From: an uncultured Bdellovibrionales bacterium
GTDB taxonomy: Bacteria > Bdellovibrionota > UBA1018 > CAIPTA01
DNA: 64,000 nt
NCBI GenBank assembly: GCA_964551325.1
Contig: CAZKBU010000008.1
Coordinates: 82-64,081 of the forward strand
Direction: 5' to 3'
A program made the position numbers and the translations under genes. This document shows, piece after piece, positions 17,740 through 24,054 of this stretch. Position 1 is the stretch's first letter. The number at the start of each line of letters is the position of its first letter. The notes below the pieces were generated by a model that had not been told where the DNA came from, searched no databases, and saw only the letters and a program-made list of their open reading frames with translations.

Positions 17740-17795
17740 ACCCACGACCTCTTCGTCCCGAACGAAGCGCGCTAGCCAGGCTGCGCCACACCCCG
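17718..17795 (-). tRNA. tRNA-Pro (anticodon CGG)
   Basis: The reverse complement reads CGGGGTGTGGCGCAGCCTGGCTAGCGCGCTTCGTTCGGGACGAAGAGGTCGTGGGTTCAAATCCCGCCACCCCGACCA. 7-bp acceptor stem, anticodon stem CTTCG/CGAAG with loop TTCGGGA, GGTTCAAATCC T-loop, encoded CCA. Confidence 0.9.
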
Positions 17796-17880
17796 ACGAC
17801 CAATGAAACGGGAAACCATCGGTTACCAAAAACCGCCCGAATTTTGAACGGATTTGAAAGAAACCGTAGTCGCTCGCACG

Positions 17881-17934
17881 ATACGGAATTCAGTACTGAA
17901 TACGGTATACGGTATTCAGTATACCGTATTCAGT
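17881..17934. repeat. array of four 14-mers ATAC[CG]G[TA]ATTCAGT (orientations +,-,+,+)
   Basis: Copies are atacggaattcagt (17881-94), actgaatacggtat (17895-908, inverted), atacggtattcagt (17907-20) and ataccgtattcagt (17921-34). This gives a perfect 15-bp inverted repeat, 17895-17909 / 17920-17934. Confidence 0.85.
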
Positions 17935-17941
17935 CTTTGAA

Positions 17942-18019
17942 TGGTCGGGGCGGCGGGATTTGAACCCACGACCCCCTGCTCCCAAAGCAGGTGCGCTAGC
18001 CAGGCTGCGCCACACCCCG
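17942..18019 (-). tRNA. tRNA-Pro (anticodon UGG)
   Basis: The reverse complement reads CGGGGTGTGGCGCAGCCTGGCTAGCGCACCTGCTTTGGGAGCAGGGGGTCGTGGGTTCAAATCCCGCCGCCCCGACCA. Anticodon loop TTTGGGA. D and T arms are identical to the CGG isoacceptor. Confidence 0.9.
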
Positions 18020-18068
18020 ACACTTCCCCCTTTAATAACCCTAACGGGGCGCGCTAAACTAGAGGCTC

Positions 18069-18614
18069 ATGAAAGCTTTTCGCTCATTGATGGTGTTTTT
18101 GGCGGCTCTCGCTGGGTCAAACCCCTCCTTGGCCTCCGATACGGTCGACACTTGCCCGGGCGCACTTGATTTCGACATTCAGGCCACCCTGGAAAAGCAG
18201 GGCCTCACGAGCCTGGAAAAACGGGGCTGCCGCTTTCGGTTCGCGATCATCGGTGGAAAGGGTGAGCGCTGGCAGGTGGACGTGTGCGACCCCCTGGTGG
18301 GGATTCTCAATTTCGAAGGCATCGACGACGAAAAGCCGAAATTCATTCGGGCCGGCAGCGAAGGCTGCCCGGAACCACTCTTCGGTGCGGATATCGCCAC
18401 CAGCTCTGATGCCTCGGCGAAATACATGGAGCTCCGTCGCAAGACGATGCGAAACATGGAAGAGATTCGCTTCTTCCACACGCCGCAAAAGGGCGACCCG
18501 TTTGCCAAGAAAGCGTCTACGTCGATTGAAAAAATGCGGTGCCTGGAGAGAGTTCTCCGCAGGTATCTCAGCGACTGCGAATCCTACGAAGCTCCGGCGA
18601 AAAAGCCCGAATAA
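18069..18614 (+). CDS. secreted hypothetical protein
   Basis: Signal peptide MKAFRSLMVFLAALAGSNPSLA. 181 aa with several Cys. No recognisable family. Confidence 0.55.
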   Translation: MKAFRSLMVFLAALAGSNPSLASDTVDTCPGALDFDIQATLEKQGLTSLEKRGCRFRFAIIGGKGERWQVDVCDPLVGILNFEGIDDEKPKFIRAGSEGCPEPLFGADIATSSDASAKYMELRRKTMRNMEEIRFFHTPQKGDPFAKKASTSIEKMRCLERVLRRYLSDCESYEAPAKKPE

Positions 18615-18617
18615 TTC

Positions 18618-19346
18618 TTAGAATTTCAGCCCGCGCTCCACGGCCTGCTGCTGCAGTTCCGTGAGACGTTTAATTCCGGTGGCGCCGAAGCCGAGCATCG
18701 CATCGAGGTCCTTCTGCTCGAAGGGATTCCGTTCAGCGGTGCCCTGCACTTCGATGAACTTGCCGGCGCCGGTCATCACCACGTTCATGTCGACCTCGCA
18801 TTGGGAGTCTTCGTCGTAGTCGAGGTCGAGAAGGTGGATGCCTTTGTGCATGCCCACGCTCACGGCGGCCACGGAATCGAGGAGCGGGTTCTGGGAAAGA
18901 TCGCCTTTCCCCAGCATCTTTCTCACGGCGATGGAGAGGGCCACATAGGCGCCGGTGATGGAGGCGGTGCGGGTGCCGCCGTCGGCCTGGAGCACATCGC
19001 AATCGAGCATGATCTGCTGCTCGCCGAGTTTTTTGAAATCCAAAGCGGCGCGAAGAGCGCGGCCGATCAAACGCTGGATCTCCATCGTGCGTCCACCGAC
19101 CTTATCTCGCTCGCGGCGAGTGCGGTCGTGAGTGGCGCGAGGGAGCATCGAGTATTCAGCCGTGACCCAGCCCTCGCCCTTTCCCTTCAAGAAAGGAGGA
19201 ACGCCTTTCTCCACGGAGGCCGTGCAGAGCACTTTCGTGTGGCCGAAGCTCACGAGGCAGCTTCCTTCCGCGTAGCGGTTCACGCCCACTTCGAAAGTAA
19301 CGGGGCGAAGTTCGTTGGGAAGACGGTCAAATGATCTCTTGCTCAC
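18618..19346 (-). CDS. rph: ribonuclease PH
   Basis: ...[34 protein letters not shown]...[15 protein letters not shown]...[16 protein letters not shown] is the conserved RNase PH sequence. GTG start in a GTGA overlap with nth. Confidence 0.9.
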   Translation of the reverse strand: MSKRSFDRLPNELRPVTFEVGVNRYAEGSCLVSFGHTKVLCTASVEKGVPPFLKGKGEGWVTAEYSMLPRATHDRTRRERDKVGGRTMEIQRLIGRALRAALDFKKLGEQQIMLDCDVLQADGGTRTASITGAYVALSIAVRKMLGKGDLSQNPLLDSVAAVSVGMHKGIHLLDLDYDEDSQCEVDMNVVMTGAGKFIEVQGTAERNPFEQKDLDAMLGFGATGIKRLTELQQQAVERGLKF

Positions 19347-20008
19347 AAAATCTCCTTACTACCGTAGTCGCACACGCGCCGCAGGGCGCATTCCACGCAC
19401 TTCGGGCGGCGCGCGATGCAGGTTCTTCTACCATGAAGAATCAGCCAATGCGCGAACTTCGTCCAAAACTCCCGGGGCAAAATTTCCATCAGCTCCTGCT
19501 CGATTTTTTCGGGGTTCTCCTGACGCGTAAGTCCCAGAAGGTTCGTGATTCGCTTGACGTGGGTGTCGACGACGACCCCGGCCTGCAGGCCGAAGGCATC
19601 ACCCAAGACCACATTGGCGGTTTTTCGTCCCACCCCGGGCAGCTTCACGAGCTCTTCCATCGTGCCGGGAAGCACGCCACCGTGCTCGTTTTGGATTTTC
19701 TTCGACGCCTCGATCAGGCTCTTGGCTTTGTTCTTGTAGAAACCGGTGCTGAAAATGAGTTTCTCCACCTCTGGGGCGCGGGCCTTGGCCAGTTCCTTCG
19801 ACGACGGATATCTTGCGAAGAGCGCCGGTGTGGTGGCGTTGACCCGCTCGTCGGTGCACTGGGCGGAGAGAATCGTGGCGAAGAGAAGCTGCTCGGGCGT
19901 GGAGTAGTGGAGGGCGCAGCGAGCGTCGGGGAATTCCTTCTCCAGAATCCGCGCCACGGACAGGGCCTTGGCGCGGAGAGAGTCTGTTACTTTCTGCTTT
20001 CGAGCCAT
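19343..20008 (-). CDS. nth: endonuclease III
   Basis: HhH-GPD motif [14 protein letters not shown]-terminal Fe-S loop [17 protein letters not shown] (C-x6-C-x2-C-x5-C). Confidence 0.9.
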   Translation of the reverse strand: MARKQKVTDSLRAKALSVARILEKEFPDARCALHYSTPEQLLFATILSAQCTDERVNATTPALFARYPSSKELAKARAPEVEKLIFSTGFYKNKAKSLIEASKKIQNEHGGVLPGTMEELVKLPGVGRKTANVVLGDAFGLQAGVVVDTHVKRITNLLGLTRQENPEKIEQELMEILPREFWTKFAHWLILHGRRTCIARRPKCVECALRRVCDYGSKEIL

Positions 20009-21543
20009 GCCTTCATCTCGCGGGCGGTTTTGGTGTTGCTCACATCGGCCGGGCCCAAGCCCGCTTTACGCGCCATCATCACGCCCCACTTCACGTCGTG
20101 AAGACCGGCCACGCTGTGAGCGTCGGGAAAAACGCCCACGGGAATGCGGCGGCGGCGGACTTCGGGAAGCAGGCGCCAGTCTACGTCGAGCCGATAGGGA
20201 TTGGAGTTGAGTTCAAGACCGGCACCGGTTTTTTCGGCGGTCCGGAGAATTTTTTCGAAATCCACCGGGTAGCTTGGGCGGCCGAGGAGAAGGCGTCCGG
20301 TCATGTGGCCGAGCCAGGTGGTGTGAGGGTTCTCGAGGGCGCGGCAGATTCGGTCGGTCATGGCGGCGCGATCCATTTTCATTTGGCCGTGCACGCTGGC
20401 GACCACGAAGTCGAACTCTCGAAGCACGGATTCCGGGTAGTCGAGAGAGCCGTCGGCGAGGATGTCGCTCTCGATGCCGTGGAAGATGGTGATGCCGGGA
20501 AATTTTTCCCGCAGGTCGTTGATCGTGGCTCTTTGCCGTTTGACGTCGGGGGCCTTGAGGCCGCCGGCATAGAAGGCGCTTTGGGAGTGATCCGACACGC
20601 CCACGTATTCCCAGCCGCGAGCCACGCAAGCGGCCACCATTTCCTCTAGGGAATTTTTTCCGTCGCTGGCGGTGGTGTGGAGGTGGAACACGCCGCGAAT
20701 GTGTTTTTCTTCGAGGAGCGGGCCTTGGATGGGGCCGGTGGAGATCTCGCGGGCTTCCGGAGGAACCGGGTTGACGCCGAGGGCCCGAAAGATTTCCGCT
20801 TCCGAGGCGGCCTCGTGCCAGTTGCCGGACGGAAGGGCCTGGAGCCATTCCGGCGAACTTTCGAGGCGAAACTTGGCGGCGGCGAAGGTTTCCCCTTTCG
20901 CCGGTGTGTGGACGACGATGGGGAGCCCGCCGGAGGAGCGCGGAGGGGCGTGCAGGGGTTTCGGGGCGAGCAGCTCGATGCGGTCCACGGTTTCGAGGAA
21001 GCGCGCGAGATCGCCCACGATCACGGTGCCGGGGAGATCGAGAGCTTCGGCGTCTTGGAGGGCCCGCGGAAGGAGCGCGCGGCCGCGCACGCTCTTGAGG
21101 TGGTGGATGCTTTTGAGAATGTTTTCCTGCGTTTTTCCGCCGAAGCCTTTGAGTTCCACGAGTCGGTTTTCGTGGCAGGAGTATTCGAGCTCGGCGAGGC
21201 TGGAAATCTGGAGTTGTTCGTAGAGGGCTTTGATTTTCTTGGCGCCGAGTCCGCGCACTTCGCGTAGTTCGAGGATGCCGGGAGGAAAGGCGGCGCGAGC
21301 CTCTTCGAGTTCGGCGATCTTGCCTGTGTGGATGCGTTCTTCGATGAGCGCGCGGGAGCCTTTTCCGATGCCTTCGATGGATTCCAGGGTGCCGTTGGCT
21401 ACGAGGGTTTCCACGGGGTCGGGGAGTTCGGCGAGTAGGCCAGCCACCTTCTGAAATGCGCGGATCTTGAACGGATTTTCGCCTTGGAGTTCGAGTAGAA
21501 ACGCGAGTGTTTCGAGATCTTGGGCTATGGCCTCGTTTTGCAT
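19987..21543 (-). CDS. polX: family X DNA polymerase with PHP domain (PolX)
   Basis: N-terminal HhH/pol-beta-like region (FKIRAFQKVA..., LREVRGLGAKKIKALYE). C-terminal PHP motifs (GVFHLHTTASDG, VASVHG, FPDAHS). ATG 21543 is preferred over the TTG at 21570. Confidence 0.85.
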   Translation of the reverse strand: MQNEAIAQDLETLAFLLELQGENPFKIRAFQKVAGLLAELPDPVETLVANGTLESIEGIGKGSRALIEERIHTGKIAELEEARAAFPPGILELREVRGLGAKKIKALYEQLQISSLAELEYSCHENRLVELKGFGGKTQENILKSIHHLKSVRGRALLPRALQDAEALDLPGTVIVGDLARFLETVDRIELLAPKPLHAPPRSSGGLPIVVHTPAKGETFAAAKFRLESSPEWLQALPSGNWHEAASEAEIFRALGVNPVPPEAREISTGPIQGPLLEEKHIRGVFHLHTTASDGKNSLEEMVAACVARGWEYVGVSDHSQSAFYAGGLKAPDVKRQRATINDLREKFPGITIFHGIESDILADGSLDYPESVLREFDFVVASVHGQMKMDRAAMTDRICRALENPHTTWLGHMTGRLLLGRPSYPVDFEKILRTAEKTGAGLELNSNPYRLDVDWRLLPEVRRRRIPVGVFPDAHSVAGLHDVKWGVMMARKAGLGPADVSNTKTAREMKAWLESRK

Positions 21544-21642
21544 GGGCGCATCTAACCACAGGGCCCCCAACGACTTGGCGCATCAAACTCTATGACATTG
21601 ACTTGGGTGTGGGATTCTGGTGTATTCCCCCAACGACGTTGA

Positions 21643-21719
<77 letters not shown>

Positions 21720-21726
21720 TTTCAAA

Positions 21727-21756
21727 CCCGACTCGCCTATCAGGCGGGCGGGTTTT
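21727..21756 (+). terminator. intrinsic terminator after tRNA-fMet
   Basis: Imperfect GC-rich hairpin CCCGACTCGCCT-ATC-AGGCGGGCGGG followed by TTTT. Confidence 0.6.
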
Positions 21757-21768
21757 GAAGTTTCTGGA

Positions 21769-21896
21769 GATAGGATTTGAAGGGGACGCGCCGCCATCCA
21801 GCGGATGGTGAGTGAGCGTGACGCGAACGAAAGGCGCGGACCCAGGGCCGAGCGGAGTCCGAGCCCGACGCGAGGACGAGCGCTTGGCCAAATCCT
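21769..21896 (+). repeat. direct repeat, copy 1 (111-bp identical core 21786-21896)
   Basis: The core acgcgccgccatccagcggatggtgagtgagcgtgacgcgaacgaaaggcgcggacccagggccgagcggagtccgagcccgacgcgaggacgagcgcttggccaaatcct is identical to 22708-22818. About 17 bp upstream are similar but degenerate. Ends carry the 8-bp inverted AGGATTTG (21772-79) / CAAATCCT (21889-96). Confidence 0.9.
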
Positions 21897-21913
21897 GAGC
21901 CCGCAGCTATTTC

Positions 21914-22633
21914 CTACTTCCCCTTTTTCAGCGCGGCCAAGGCGCCGAATGGATCGCAGCTGCACCCGTCCCTGGACTTACTTGCCGCGATGGAGCGTTC
22001 GTAATCCGCGATTGCTGGGTCGATCTGATTCAATTTTTGTTTTTCGTTCCCTCTCAAGCAGTAAGCATCGGCCAATCGCATTGCGCCTCGCTTAGGATCC
22101 AAGCGACTTTCCCGCTCAAAATCAACGATCGCCTTATCCAGGTCGCCAAGGCTGATAAACGTGAGGCCCCGGTAATCCAAGGCCATTACGTGATTTTCTT
22201 GTAACCCTAGCGCACGGTTAAAATCTTCGAGAGCAAGCACCCCGAAGGTCTTCTCGGGCGTCTTCATCGGATCTCCCATAAAAGCTCTGGCATAGTAGGT
22301 AAGACCGCGACTGTAGAACTGATCCGCGTCGAGGGGGGCAAGAGCAATACCTTGCTCGTGGTCCTTCAGTGCTCGCGCGAATACGTCTTCATACTCCTGG
22401 TCCAAGAGCATTCCGGAAAAGCGCCCATATCTTGCCTTCTCACTCAGTGCGTTCGCTCTCTCCATGAGGGCCGCTGCTTTTTCCTGTTCTGATTTCGCTG
22501 AGGAAAGAGCAGCTGTTCCTTTTTCTACCGCGCGTTCATACTGACGAAAGTTAAACCTCCTGGCATCGCAGGTGGGAATGCAACCAATGAGGCAGAAGGC
22601 GGCTAAACAGAGAAGAAGACGGCCCAAGAGCAT
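21914..22633 (-). CDS. TPR-repeat lipoprotein
   Basis: Lipobox CLIGC in MLLGRLLLCLAAFCLIGC. Repeated A/Y/L-rich TPR-like helices (...YSRGLTYYARAF..., ...ALDYRGLTFISLGDLDKAIVDFERE...). Confidence 0.7.
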   Translation of the reverse strand: MLLGRLLLCLAAFCLIGCIPTCDARRFNFRQYERAVEKGTAALSSAKSEQEKAAALMERANALSEKARYGRFSGMLLDQEYEDVFARALKDHEQGIALAPLDADQFYSRGLTYYARAFMGDPMKTPEKTFGVLALEDFNRALGLQENHVMALDYRGLTFISLGDLDKAIVDFERESRLDPKRGAMRLADAYCLRGNEKQKLNQIDPAIADYERSIAASKSRDGCSCDPFGALAALKKGK

Positions 22634-22691
22634 AGGAAAAGTCTAACCCACAGGGAAACCTACTGGTAGGTCACAGGCCAATCGTTTAGGG

Positions 22692-22818
22692 GATAGACTT
22701 AAAGGGTACGCGCCGCCATCCAGCGGATGGTGAGTGAGCGTGACGCGAACGAAAGGCGCGGACCCAGGGCCGAGCGGAGTCCGAGCCCGACGCGAGGACG
22801 AGCGCTTGGCCAAATCCT
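22692..22818 (+). repeat. direct repeat, copy 2 (111-bp identical core 22708-22818)
   Basis: See copy 1. The cores are identical base for base when aligned by hand. Confidence 0.9.
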
Positions 22819-22858
22819 AGTCTAATTCCGCTTTTTTAAAGCATATCGGAGAGGTTGA

Positions 22859-23485
22859 TTAGCCGACGCGATCTTTCCTACCCATCACATCCATAAGAAG
22901 AGTTCCTTTAAAGCTCCCCCGCAACTTTCGCAGCTGGGTTTCTCGACGAGGGTAGTTTCCGAACGTTTGAAAGATCCAATCGTACCACTTGTGATAGCGA
23001 TCGTGCTCGATGTCGCTCATAACACATAGGTTTTCAGGGCGGTTATCGTCTTCACGTCCGTTAATATGATGAACCACTTCTCCCCGCTTCAACGGTCGAC
23101 CGAGAAACTGTTCAGCAACTAGTCTGTGCTCAAGTCGCTCACGCCCCAGAGAGTCTCGCGCCAATATGTATCCGTTTCCTGTATATCGCCGCCCTTCCAA
23201 CTGCCTGCTTTCTGACCGACCGTGTTCGGACTGTCCGCCATCCCGTCTTCCTTCATCTGACCTTCTATGTCCCGATCGCCTGGCTAACAGAACGAACAGA
23301 GCAAGCACTAAGACAATTGGCACAACTATCGACGCGCTAGGATGGAAGGAAGCACTAAGCTCCTTAATATCGGGGGTGGTGCCTTGGATTTGATCGACTG
23401 TGGTCTTCTTTGCTCGCTTCACACTCGACTTATCGGTGGAGCAATTAGTCACAAAAGCCGGAAGCAGGTAGAACGTCCAGAACAA
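22859..23485 (-). CDS. HNH endonuclease with N-terminal hydrophobic anchor
   Basis: HNH motif [30 protein letters not shown]. It is preceded by the hydrophobic [16 protein letters not shown] and an R/G/S/E-rich linker. No ATG occurs before the HNH domain, so the start (TTG 23485 or an internal GTG) is uncertain. Confidence 0.65.
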   Translation of the reverse strand: MFWTFYLLPAFVTNCSTDKSSVKRAKKTTVDQIQGTTPDIKELSASFHPSASIVVPIVLVLALFVLLARRSGHRRSDEGRRDGGQSEHGRSESRQLEGRRYTGNGYILARDSLGRERLEHRLVAEQFLGRPLKRGEVVHHINGREDDNRPENLCVMSDIEHDRYHKWYDWIFQTFGNYPRRETQLRKLRGSFKGTLLMDVMGRKDRVG

Positions 23486-23519
23486 TTTTTATTGCTTTGA
23501 GACTAAGCCAAATCCCCTC

Positions 23520-23828
23520 TCAACGCCTCCGCCCTTCGCACTTCCCCCGCTCGCACCGAACCTGCACGTCCTTAATGGAGCAAGCCTCACAGGCCGCATG
23601 AAAATTCGCGGCCGCGCGCAACTTTGCGTCGAGCGCTTCCACGTCTTTGAGATGCTTTTTATTCACCACGATGGGTGGGCCGCAGCTACGGCAACCGTCG
23701 CCCGCGGCGGCGCAGTCGGCGGCGACTTTACAGCTACGCCACGCAGGGGGCACTTCCAAAATCGGAAGGCCGAGAAGAACGATCAGAAGGACGAGGGTCG
23801 AACGGATCTTGGAAAGTGAGAGCGCCAT
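23520..23828 (-). CDS. small secreted Cys-rich protein
   Basis: 102 aa. N-terminal hydrophobic signal (LVLLIVLLGLPIL) and 8 Cys. Confidence 0.45.
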   Translation of the reverse strand: MALSLSKIRSTLVLLIVLLGLPILEVPPAWRSCKVAADCAAAGDGCRSCGPPIVVNKKHLKDVEALDAKLRAAANFHAACEACSIKDVQVRCERGKCEGRRR

Positions 23829-23865
23829 GGGGAAATAGTACCACGGCGCGGGTTCCTCAAAAGAT

Positions 23866-24054
23866 CTAATCCTTCTTCTGCAACCGCACGAGGATCATTT
23901 CCAGCGGGCAGAATCCGGTAAACGCCGACTGCAAAAGATTGGCGCCCACGAAGGCGGTGAATCCCAGCCAGAGGGGCGACACGTAGTAGGCCAGCGCGAG
24001 GCTGATAAGAATGAAGGTTCCGGCGAAGGCTCTGATTTGATTTTCAACTTTCAT
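23866..24054 (-). CDS. DUF2892 (YgaP-like) small membrane protein
   Basis: 62 aa with two TM helices and the C-terminal ...SAFTGFCPLEMIL motif typical of DUF2892. Overlaps the RND gene end by 11 nt. Confidence 0.6.
   Translation of the reverse strand: MKVENQIRAFAGTFILISLALAYYVSPLWLGFTAFVGANLLQSAFTGFCPLEMILVRLQKKD

Noticed and set aside
1-17800. Possibility that the mobile region is a prophage.
   Set aside because: No capsid, terminase, portal, tail or lysis genes are present. The content is a T4SS, a coupling protein and a recombinase, which is an ICE-type organisation.
17736-17963. 75-aa ORF spanning the inter-tRNA region and ending in ...NGRGGGI, the same tail as the recombinase.
   Set aside because: It starts and ends inside tRNA genes. 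The shared tail is simply the translated, repeated tRNA 3-prime sequence. It is not a gene.
20213-21586. 457-aa ORF, extremely Arg/Pro/Gly-rich, overlapping the PolX gene on the same strand in another frame. Other overlapping ORFs on polX include 20098..20649 and 20677..21267.
   Set aside because: Its composition is typical of off-frame or antisense translation of GC-rich coding DNA. The PolX frame carries clear HhH and PHP motifs.
21571-21642. TTGACT...TGTATT upstream of tRNA-fMet as a sigma-70 promoter.
   Set aside because: The -10 candidate is poor and the promoter consensus of this lineage is unknown. The support is not strong enough to annotate it.
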